From Pseudogymnoascus verrucosus (taxonomy: Eukaryota), in NCBI GenBank assembly GCA_001662655.1, contig KV460270.1: a DNA stretch of 31,429 bases; one strand, given 5' to 3'. This document shows, in pieces, positions 1-11,083 of this stretch. The position numbers and the translations under genes are program-made. Below the pieces are notes generated by a model, which saw nothing but the letters and a program-made list of their open reading frames with translations, had not been told where the DNA came from and did not search any database. Position 1 is the first letter of the stretch; the number at the start of each line of letters is the position of its first letter.

Positions 1-631
1 GCCAAGGCAATGACTACGTCCTGGAAAGCCAGTAACGCTGGCACATATCATCACATCACATAAGACAGTAATCTCAGCTTATGTGGCAACTGGCATTACT
101 CAAATGTGGATTCTAGTGTTGGGGATCCTCCACTTATATTGTCTGCCTTTGCCGGCTAGGAGAATATGTTATAAGAGCTAATGTATTTGAATCAATCTGA
201 CCATGTTCCGCACCCCTCACGCTTCCTCCCCTCTCGCTACTGCTTCCCCCCTCGATAGATATAACACCACCAAAGGCATGGTCCCTCCCTTCCTCCTAAC
301 TGGTACTATAGGCCAAAAAAAGGACCGTCTCCGTTCCTCTTTGGCCAGGGTTTTTTTTGTCGAACCGGGTGGGTGATGCCCAGATATTATCGACCGTAAC
401 AAAAGTATCCAGTCAACCATTTTACCCTCTGGTTTCTCGCCTTGAATCGCCCAAAGGCTAGCCCGCCCCGCAGACCTCATGCGTAATGTCCTGTTGATGC
501 AACCTAGCTATGCAATGATGATTTTTTTAAATTCGATGGTGCAACCCCCGGATGATATCGATACATATTTGATGTCTGCGGGGATCAATAACTCCGCGTG
601 GAGCGTAGTACCCATGTGCCAAAGGCGGTTT

Positions 632-3490
632 TCACCTGGCCTCATCTCCATCTGCGGCCGGACGTTGTTGGCCCGTTGGAGCTTGGCTCTGCTGCGCTTG
701 GGGATGGGGGCCGTTGTGTTGGTGGTAGCCTTTGTTGTAGCTACCGTTCGGTCCTCCTCGCTGTGGCTGGCTATACTGCGGCATCTGGGGACTGGTTCCG
801 AACTGCTGTCCCTGCGGCGGGTATACACGCATGTTTGGCACTAGCTAATGTTAGAAAAGGTTTAAACGGAGGTGTGTCAATAACTTACTTTGTCCCGGAG
901 GTTGTTGAGCATAAATTGGTTGCCCATACTGCATGCCTGGGCTCATTCCGTATGCCTGTTGCCCTTGTTGAGAGCCACCTGGCATCATCATGGGCGCAGA
1001 GCGACCGGGGCTAGGGTAGCCGTTAGATCCCGCCATGGGTGGTGGGGGTCCATTTCCTTGGGGTGTGAAGTGTGCCTGGTTGACAGGGTACAACATGGGT
1101 GGGCCCGGAGCCATCAGGTTCGGGTTTCCCATGAAAGACCCGGCTGGACCCTGAATCATAACAGGACCGCCCATGTGGGTTGGCTGTTGTGGCATAAATT
1201 GATGGCCACCGGAATAGGATCTGAACTGCGCCATCTGAGGTCCACCTGGACCTACGGGATATTGCATTCCAGGTTGCTGGAAGGACAACTGTGCGGGCTG
1301 GCCCATCGGCGATGGATACGCCACGTTTACCTGTGCCAGGCGTGGAGATGCGTATGATTGAGCCGAGTGAGATGGCACCATCCGATGGTCATCGTTCGAA
1401 TGGAACTGAGCATTCTGTTGCATCGACTGGTTGTTGTGCATATGAAGGGGTGGTTGTCTTGGTGATGGTCTCTGAGTATGGGCACCTTGCTGCAAGTGGA
1501 ATGGCAGCTGATGCTGATGTGCAACCTGAGGATGCGCCGATGGTTGTTGTGGAGACATCGGTTGCCCCGAGAAGCGAGCGTTCTCGAACAATTTGGCATA
1601 TGTCAAGTTCATTGTCGATGACTGTGGCTCGTCGTCTTTGACTTGTCTCCAAGTTGGGGGGGTATCATAGGCTGGCTTAATTCCGCCATTCGAGGACCAG
1701 TCGCGACCTTGAGGAGGCGTCTCTTTCGCTAACCGCTCAATAATATCCAGGACAGGCCCATCAGTCTTAGCTTTCGAGTGTGTGCCTGGCTTTCTGCGTA
1801 GAAGAGTTCCTGATGCGGATGGGATGCCCTGAGTGGCTGTAGCAGATGCCGAACGAGGGCTGGATGCAGTGCTTGGGTTGCCATTGGGGTTAAAAGCCGC
1901 AGCAAATGGACTTGGGCGAAACTCATGGCTGTTTGGGTTAAGCTTTCCAAGTAGAGTCGTCGCACTCGTTCGCCTCGGAGCCGAAGTATCAGGGCCATGG
2001 GCTGGCCCTGTTGGTGGCTGTCGGGTATCAGCACCCGGAGCTGGTGGAGCCAGTCCATTCTTGCTTTGCTCAATATTCCTCAGCCTCGTCGACAAGGGAG
2101 GGGTTGGGTGTCCTTGCTGGGAACCTGAAACCTGAGAACGAGCAGAGCGATCCTGTCGGAACGGTTGGTTGTTGTGGTAGGGCCCTTGAGGAGGATAACC
2201 GCCACGCCCTGGGGCTTGTCGGTTTGAGGTGGCCGAAGTGGATGCGGTTCCAGTGCCAGCGCCAGAGCGTTGAGTTGTCCTCTGATCCGAGGCTGCTAAC
2301 CCCGATCTCGGGGCCTGAATGGCGTCAGCCTTCATCTGTTTCTCCTGCTGAACCTCTTCCGCCTGACGTCTAGCATTTTCTTGAATAGCACGCTGCTTCG
2401 CTGGGTCCTTCGCGATAATGGCAACCAAGTCATTTGGAAGGGGTGAATGCAATTTGAAACTAGAAGCAAACGCCTTGAGCTCCTGCAGTTTCTCCTCTTT
2501 ATCTGCCTTTGCCTTGCTCAAGCGCAGCTTATCAGCTTGTGTTCTTTGTTGAGCCGCAAAACCACGAAACGCTGTAACAACATCACGCTCGACTGTCGCA
2601 GTTGCATTTGGCGTGGCAATTACCTTTGGATGAGGCGATGCTGCGCCACTTGCAGAAGTCGATGTATTCGTGGGAGTTGCCTTCGGCTCTGGTGTCACTG
2701 CAAAACTAGACTCGGTGGTTGTAGGAGGGGTCGATACCTCTGGTTTACCAACCTTCAGTGCGTGGTCTGGCTTGGTAGTACTCGTAGATGGAGCTTCCGA
2801 GGGGGGTCGTGCGAGCTGTGATGAGATAATGGCCGGGTCCACGGGTGCACCACTGACAGTTGCCTTTCCTGAAGGGGCCCTTCTGGCAGGTGGTGTGTAC
2901 CTATCAGCCCGGCCAGTCACGGATAGTGGAGGAAAATCCTGCCTCTGAACACCGCTGTATCTGGAAGTCGTTGTTAGTGGGCATAACAATTCAAACAGCA
3001 GCTAGAACTTACTTGTCCTCTTCATCAAGACCACTGTCGTCTACTGTGAGGTTGTCTGCGACCCGCTCCTCCTCAACGTGTCTGTTGTTGGCCACACTGT
3101 TTTCAATCTCTCTGGCCTTTCTATCGGCTGCTGCATATCGCTTGCTATATTCTGGGTGACTCTTGTCGATCGCTGTGGTGTAAATGGTCTCATCATAATC
3201 GGTCTTCAACCCGAACAAGCGCTCGTTCACTGCAAACTGATCCCAGCCACCTCCGGATTGCTTGCCAGTGGACTCAAGAGCCATGTTCACGGGGATGTTC
3301 TCATCTGGTACCCATGGCTGCAAGACACGCTCACCTTGTTGGCGATTGCCCGAGATCGCGCTGTCAGTGCGGAAACCTATAGCAAGACACCCATGGTCAG
3401 TAGAGAATATGACGGCTGTGGGAGTGGGTGGAGTATACCATTTCCATTTCGCTGCCTGGATTCCCCAGAATCTTTCTTGGAGAAAGACAT
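632..3490 (-). CDS. PBP1: Ataxin-2/Pbp1 family poly(A)-binding-protein-binding protein (LsmAD domain + PAM2 motif), 4 exons: 3490-3439, 3376-3013, 2960-889, 840-632 (~898 aa; the start could instead be the in-frame ATG at 3568)
   Basis: The spliced product contains FRTDSAIS, WDQFAVNERLFGLKTDYDETIYTTAID and AADRKAREIE..DEEDKYSGV (LsmAD), PAM2-like KLNPNSHEFRP, and a P/Q/M-rich C-terminus. GT-AG introns 3377-3438, 2961-3012 and 841-888 keep the frame. Confidence 0.9.
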
Positions 3491-4920
3491 GCTGGGCAGG
3501 TCCCTGTTTGGCCTCGTAGACCCGTTGGCGTTGTTTATTGAAGCAGGGTGTTGTTTCGGTGGGACCATCTCCTGGTCAAGGATAAGCCTGGCGTGCTTAA
3601 TACTGCCTCTCCAAGTTCACTACTGCGCTGTGAAGAGAGATTCGCTCCCACCCCTTATGGGCGACGTATTGTTGTGAGTTTCGATAGTTTCATAAGCTTG
3701 CGCGCTGCGAGCTGAGTAAATTACCACACTGCTCTGCGGAAAGGGTCAGCCAATTTCCTCGTTGCCGCAAGTGAACGTGAATGGCTCGTGGATGGAGTTG
3801 AGTGCCAGGAATGGGAATACTAACCTCTTGCAACGGACGACAGCCTTCTCCTCGGACAGCACCTTCAGGCTGTGGAGTCAGGTCCGCCTCGAATGTATTT
3901 ATTCGGATGGAGCTCCTTCTGGACCGAATTGACACCAGAAGCCCGGGCTTTCTGGAGTACTGGCTGTCTATTGATGTGGGAAGTAGAGTTAGCAACTTTG
4001 ACTTCAATGTGTGCGGCTCGTCATCGTCACGGATGAATTTGTGGTAAGGAGTGCGAAAGGGTTTGAGCTTTTTCCCCGTGGTGACGAAGAGTCGGGAAGG
4101 AGCACGCTACAGGTGGGAGGAGCTCACCTTAGGCCAATGTAAGCAGCTGAAGAGTACCAGAGTGTATCTGGCTCTGCATTCGAAGAGGTCGTTGATGTTG
4201 ACTGCCCTCGTGGTTGTTCCTGTCGGAATAGTGAGGATGGGCAGATGAAGTGGTTTGAAGATGCGCTTGGGGATTGTCGTTGTCAATTGGACAACCGGGG
4301 CGTGCCATCTCGCTCTTGGTGCAAGGGTACGGTAGCGAGCGAGCGGCCGTAGTAGTAGTAGCCAGCGAACGAACTCTGGCCCGAAACGACAGTGCATGGT
4401 CTAAGAGTAACAAGTCCAAACCTCCGAAATAAATCATGAAACAAAGGCCCAAGGGGGTAAATTTTTGTGTAAATCAACGGATTAAAAATAGGAATTTTAA
4501 GATTTTTTGTTATAGTAATCTAGAAATTATTATTTCACTCGTCAACGCGTACGGAGTGGTCTATCTGTCTCCTGGCAGAGGTCAAAGGTCAATCGTCTCG
4601 TCTGTACAGCAACTATTAGCAACTAGATTAACTGTATGTAAGTTGCACCAAAGCGACAGACATATAGCGCAAAGTAGGAAAACGCAGCATTTGGTACTCT
4701 AGAAGTATTTAATATACTCTGGTTACAGTAGTAGTTACAGTAGTAGTGTATTGTCTGCCCTGTCCATGCGGGACATGGCTCCATTCCACTTCCCGTCCTC
4801 TACAATTACAGTACAGACTAGACTAGTATATCGCGTCTATACTATACTAGTTTTCCAATACTAACACTCCTATACTAGCATTGTCAGCACCGTACTATAT
4901 AACATAAGTTCAGCTCGGCT

Positions 4921-4958
4921 GTGTGTATGTGTGTATGTGTGTATGTGTGTATATATAC
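4921..4958. repeat. (GTGTGTAT)x4 microsatellite running into (AT)n
   Basis: Directly visible: gtgtgtatgtgtgtatgtgtgtatgtgtgtatatatac, in the divergent PBP1/BUD6 intergenic region. Confidence 0.9.
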
Positions 4959-6127
4959 ATGATACGTACGTATAGACGACCGCAGCACGTTAAATCCAAT
5001 CCAATAGGCCAAGTCCACGTCCACGTCGGGTTAGGAAAGTCATATATATACTCGCATTAGGGCATCGTCTAGAATGACGCAGCAATACAGTGTGTACAGT
5101 ACGAGTGATGAGGGGTCGGGTGGAGTGTAGTAGAATGTCTTGTATAGGAGCTAGAGCAGAGCACTAGAGTAGGTAGAGCATCGGGAGCTAGGAGTCAGGT
5201 AACAATAGGACGCTCATGAGAATAATAGCAAGAAGAGTGCTACTCTAATATCAAGGTGCTACTCATGTGACTAACAATCGACTCTTATCTATCTAGTATT
5301 CTACCGTAGAGCACCCTAAGTGCATTAGATGTTCTAGTTTCTAGTTCTACCGTTGTTTATTATACGTCGTACCTCGTATGGTGGACCAAATAAAAAACGG
5401 CGACTTGTGTGGTACCTCCCCTTGCCAGTACTCTGCTCTAGCTGCCTCTGTTCTCGTACCCTTGTGAGCACAGTCTCGTGCCTACCTCCACCTGAGAATT
5501 ATTACTTAGCAAGACTCCGTATACTCTATCTAAGATGATAGAATCTCCCTCGCTGGCTCTATTCTACGTAACAGGCGTGATGAAAGGCTATAGTTTGACA
5601 GTATAAGGATTATCGTTATCTTCGTTTTATTACGCCCTTCTGTTTGATAAAACGGTACGCCAACACCCACCCGCCTCCCACACCCAAAGTCTGGTCTCGT
5701 GATATGATCGTCCCCTCCTTCCCAGAGGTACCTGCCGTTAACTCAATGCCGTTAAGTTAAACAGCTGAGGTGCTGCGGCCCGTATCTTTAGAACAGCCAT
5801 CCAGCAAGTGACCCCAGATTCTGTCGTAGCGAATCTCAGCCGCCGCCAAGCATTAGCGACGTCTCCCCCTTCACGCCCTGGTATATTCAGCAGCCAGAAG
5901 GAAGAAGTCAAGACAGATTGTACTGTGTCGCATTCACTCACATCATCTCATCAGCCCTTCACTCTACCCGACATCTCCACCAACACTTCATTGTATATCG
6001 TCTTGTTGCACTGTACACCTGGCCTGTTTTGATTTCATCACCTACACGTCACAACGACCCGGCCGGAGATAATGGTCTGTTGAAGTGCCACCGAGTCCGC
6101 GCGCCAGACATCACGGAGGTTTGAACG

Positions 6128-9100
6128 ATGCAGGCACCTCAGCCCTCTCAGCGCTCAATACAACGGAGGTCGCCCGCAGCAGATCCAGGGCCACCTCCAA
6201 GCATACCGGCTCGGGCTATGTCTCCTACATCAGTGTCGCAATCCAGGGTTTCCACCACCTCGGCGCGAACAACTGGTACTGGGAGTAGTAGCCGGAGGCA
6301 AAATGTAAGATGCGCCCAGCGTCTCTTGGGATGAACTTTGGTGAATTGAACAAATCTAACGTGAATCATGCAGGGCGCCACACATGGGACTAATTCGGGT
6401 CCCCCACTGTCACAGATAGAGAAGAGCGTCACCCACCTCCTCGTTGCAACGAAGCAGCTCCTCGAAACATTGACGCGATGGTCCCGGCATGAGGCAACGG
6501 ATACAAATGTGTCCGATGTTTATGTGAGGCTGGGATATGAGTTCAACATCGCTTGTCGAGCCTTTGCTGCCATCGGCGTGGATACTTCCGACCTTGGAAA
6601 TGTGCCAGAACTCTTGCGCGAAATTCTGGAGTCGACACTGAGCCAAGAAGCCAGCCCCGAAGGCCTAGACCAATACCTACCAAAGATTCGAGATATCATC
6701 ATCACTCTACTTCATGGGTTGAAACGCAAGCAACAGAAGCTACGGCAGAAGCAGTCGAAAGAGGTCTCTTCCCAGAATTCCGACACCAACGTCCCGAGAA
6801 ACACAAGCACGAGCAGTGTTGCGAGTGCGAACACGGGCATTACGACACTCCTGAATGAAGGGATAGATCCAAACTACATGCCGGACGATAGGATGATTGT
6901 TGATGGCAAGGTAGTCACAAAGCCAGAAGTCAATCAGGTTCCGCCACGAGGATCATCAATGTCGACGTCCCCGCAGCGTCGTGGGATACCCCAAAGGGGA
7001 CTTTCATCACGCGGATCCATGTCCTCAGACCAGTCTTCATTGTCAAGCACGACGATGCAAAATATGCCAGTCCTTGCACCATTCTCAGGGGATGAGGCCG
7101 CATTGCCTCCCAGGCCTGGCTCCGGAGAACTAACTGTGGATGCATTCCCACCACCACCTCCGCCGCCGCCGCCTCCGAAGCAGAATGCGCTGGCTGCTTT
7201 GCAAAGGGGGGGCGATCTTGAACGGAGAGCATCAAGGAGATATTCGGCTTACCATATCTCCAAGCACCTGGGTGCTCAAGCCCCCATGCCGATGCTCCCA
7301 CCTCAAAACTCCCCTATACCAAATCGCGGCAGAGATCTCCGCGAGACAATGAATGCTGTCCGCGGGCGTGGTTCAACGGTTCACAGTAAACAGCTTTCGA
7401 CCAGCCCCATGATTAATGAAGAAGCTTCAAACCGAGTACCAAGCCGAATTTCAGAAACTACGGAACCAAGCTCATCTCAAGAAGCCTTAGGTACAAACGC
7501 CGATGAGCAAACCTCTGGAGCCAAGGAACCTGAAGATAAAGGTCGGAAAGCCAGTAATGACCTTGATTGGCAAGGTTCCGCAGAAGCAAATCGGATTTCA
7601 GGTGCCACTCTACAAGGGCCGCCAACTGATGCTTTACCGGTTTTTGCCACTGGTTTATATGACGCCAAAGAAACCGGTGCGCCTCCCACCCCTGTCACCG
7701 CAGCTAGGCAATCACCAACAACCTATACGGGGCCGAGCGAAAATAGAGAATTTGTGCCTGAGCAGTCTCCTCAGCCTGGAAAAGAGCTTACTCTATTTCT
7801 GCAATACAAGACAAGGATCAAGAAGTTTGTCATGGCGGATGGCTACAATGATCTGTCCATAGCGCGACTTCAATTGGCATTTATCGAGAAATTTGCATGG
7901 AATACGCATAATAACGGGGTGGACTTGCCAGAAATATATATACAGGATCCCGTGTCTGGAGTTAGACACGAGCTTGAAGACCTCGCTGACATCAAGGACC
8001 GCTCAGTTCTGGTCCTTAATGTCGAGGCTCTTGATGAGGTTAAACGCCATATTGATGAGGGTTTGGGAGGACTGAGGAAGATGGTGGAGGGGGTAAAGAC
8101 GGCCATTGATGATCAAAAGGCGACAATGCAAAGGGTATCTGAACGCCAACAAGATGCGGCTAAAGAGATAACCCGCCTTAGCATGGTGGCCCAGACTCCG
8201 GTGCCACTCGCAGAACCTTCCGCCAGGGGCATTCCACCACACTCCCCAAAGAACGAGGGCAACAAGGCCGATATCAATGAGCTGCAAAGCCTGCGCAGGA
8301 ACCTGGCTGTTGTTAGACAAACCTTTTCGTCCTTTCAGGCTAATATGGAGAGTTCAATGTCTGCCATCCGGACAAAGGCCAGCTCTGTGAGCGATGCAGC
8401 AATCAGGGCTGCTGTTCCAAACATGAAGAACGATTCTGGTCGTTCCTATGTCAATACTGGAAAGAAGACACTCAACGACGATTCCGATAAACTTGTTGGC
8501 CGTGTAGACGATCTGCAAGATATCGTCGAAGACCTACGCAAGGATGTTGTCCTCCGTGGTGTCCGACCCCTCCCACGCCAACTCGAGGGTGTCGCCAAGG
8601 ATATCTCCATCGCAACACAGGAACTCCGCAAAATGCAAGAATTCCTCAAGCGTGAGCGACCAATCTGGACCAAGATCTGGGAGAAGGAGTTGGAGACAGT
8701 GTGCAACGACCGTGAAGAACTCACCATGCAAGAAGATCTGGCGGCCGATCTTCAGGACGACTTAGAGAAGGCAACACAGACTTTCGCACTTGTGGAGCAA
8801 GCAACAAAGGAACAGATGAAGGACCTTCCAGGAGGAGCTCCTGGTGGTCGTGTGCCGTTAAAGAGTTTGAATCATGTCACGCTTGCAGACCCTACAGTCG
8901 CCAAGGAGGGCGTCTTGGGAGAAGTCCGAGCACTACAACCGAACCATGAGGGTAGGTTGGAAGCGATCGAGCGTGCAGAAAAATTACGACAGAAAGAGCT
9001 TGAAGGGCGGAAAGGAGGGGAATTTCAGAAAGAGCTTGGGAACTTTGTAGAGGGAGGGAAACTGAAGAAGGCCGGTGGCTTTGAGGAAGTGGAGAGGGCG

Positions 9101-9256
9101 CGGAAGGCCAAGGATGAGAAGACACGACGGGAAGTCTGGGAGCGGCAAAACGGAATCACACAAGCCGACGCAGATATAGCTCCCCCACTGCCGCCGATAC
9201 CATTGGAGGGCGAAGATGAGCTTGGTGTACAAGAGGACCAACCGCCAGTAATATGA
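6128..9256 (+). CDS. BUD6: Bud6/Aip3 actin-interacting polarisome protein, 2 exons: 6128-6304, 6374-9256 (~1019 aa)
   Basis: N-terminal IEKSVTHLLVATKQLLETLTRW..VSDVYVRLGYEFNIACRAF; ELTLFLQYKTRIKKFV..LQLAFIEKF..PEIYIQDPVSGVRHELEDL; AIP3 core DDLQDIVEDLRKDVVLRGVRP..WTKIWEKELETVC. Phase-0 intron 6305-6373 (GTAAGA..CTAAC..CAG). Confidence 0.93.
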
Positions 9257-9968
9257 CGGGCCTATGGTGGCATTGTAAGAGAGCACTTTGGGAAGACTTT
9301 AATATTGTTCAAATGGCAGTGCTGCATCTAGACGCGGGATGCAGGTTCTTGGTAATATGATATGTCTTCGATTCTGGATGGGTTTTCCGTTCATTGAGCA
9401 AGGCGTTGGGGAGGATTTGCGTGGGTTGGGCTGCGTCCACATCACGAAATTTCAGATCTGTATGATAAAGTATCATTTCCCCTGGCCTCCAGGCCTTTAC
9501 ATAGTGAATAGAAGACTATTTGAATGTGCATTAATGTCGCAGATAGAGTAGAGTCGAGCTTGGTCGAGCAATGCCCAATCACCAGCGCGAACGACGCTAG
9601 TGAACCCATACCAAATATTTTAGGGCGGCCTGCATCGTGACGTGGGGTATCGGCAGCCCCTCAAAAGTAGATGTTTCTCCATCGTTTACTCTCCATAACC
9701 AACAATCTGCGTAGATCCTTCTCGTCACATTCGTGCAGGTTGCATTCCCGTCGCTGGGCACACTTAACGTCGCATTCAAAGCCACGTACCACACGAGATA
9801 AACAGATTCTGCAGGAGCCGCGGAGTGGCAAAATCGATAAAGAGCGCCCCAGGTCTCTTTTATTCATTCATACCTTCCCCAGAATCCAACCTCGTGAACA
9901 CAACGGCAGGACAGGATTCGTGAAGTAGTTATTTCAGCATTCGCTTCAACTTCATTGCGATAATCAGA

Positions 9969-10566
9969 ATGGCAATGCCACCACATTCCCGCGCAGGGGG
10001 GTCGTCAACGGCACAGAGAGGCGCAACTGCCGCGGCGTCGAGCAGCTCACAGACGACGACAATTCACTCACCATCCACACGACAACAACATCCTGTTCTG
10101 AGGCTTCGTGGGGCAATGAGGAGTCCTGGAGAGAGGAGCGACAGGAGGATACAGTGGGCAGAGGATGTGATTGACAATGAAGGGCTGGGAAGGAAAAGCA
10201 GCAAAGGTATGTCGCCATCCCTTCTCCCCCCTCACTCTTCTCCCATAGCAGATTATCCAGATGTCGCGTGCACAAACAATATCTAACAACAATACAGTCT
10301 GCTGCATCTACCACCCTCCAAAAGCCTCAATCGACGATTCCTCCGATGAGAGCTCTGACTCCTCCTCATCCGACTCAGACAGCGACGACGGAGGCGCCCG
10401 CCCTGCCGGCGGCAAGAGGCGCACCAACGCTCGACACAAGCATAACCACGACCACGACCCCAGCGGGGAGTGTCACCATAACGGGAAGACAAAGAAGTCG
10501 CGGAGGTCACACAGTCCGAATGCGTACGAGAAGATTCCAAAGCCGAAAGAGAGCGGGCCAGCCTAG
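9969..10566 (+). CDS. YPI1: Type 1 protein phosphatase regulator Ypi1 (inhibitor-3/PPP1R11 family), 2 exons: 9969-10206, 10298-10566 (~168 aa)
   Basis: RVxF-type RRIQW followed by AEDVIDNEGLGRKSSK. Removing intron 10207-10297 joins the hallmark KSSKVCCIYH. An acidic Ser/Asp tract and C-terminal SPNAYEKIP follow. Confidence 0.95.
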
Positions 10567-11083
10567 ATGTGAAAAATTGTTTGTCAATGAAGTTTTATGA
10601 GCGACGTTTTGTATGAAGTTGGGGGCACTGGATAAGGCGTATGGATGGGGGATAGCGTGGCGATGTGTACATACTTACGCTGTATGGAGTGATTATCTCG
10701 GATCTGATTGGAATGCTATACAGATAGCTTACATATATGGCAATTATCGATTCTCGGTGAACTCAGGAACTTGATCATCAGCATTATGAAGGTCGAATTG
10801 CAATAGTCACGAGTGTTGATGCAGAATCAGTATCCTGTGGGGCTTCAATTGCTTCATATTCATACACCCACTACCCACATTTAAGGGCCCTTTGCCAGCG
10901 CCTGATCATACAGAATGCTCCCTGACTAAACCGTCCAAACAACAAAACCCCCATCCATCCGTCCATTCCATGTGTTCGCCTAGATACCACGCATATATGA
11001 CCCTTCCCATAGTTACCGTACGCCATAGTCGCTGCATAACCCGTCCAGGTCAAACACCCCGCAGAGTAAAAAACAATCCCACC

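Noticed and set aside
311..346. ggccaaa...tttggcc hairpin followed by a T run, resembling a bacterial terminator
   Set aside because: It lies in the PBP1 3' region of a eukaryote, has a short stem and has no functional support.
3078..3677. 199-aa + strand ORF and similar 100-190 aa antisense ORFs (e.g. 890-1357, 10892-11449)
   Set aside because: They lie opposite well-supported genes and show no family motifs.
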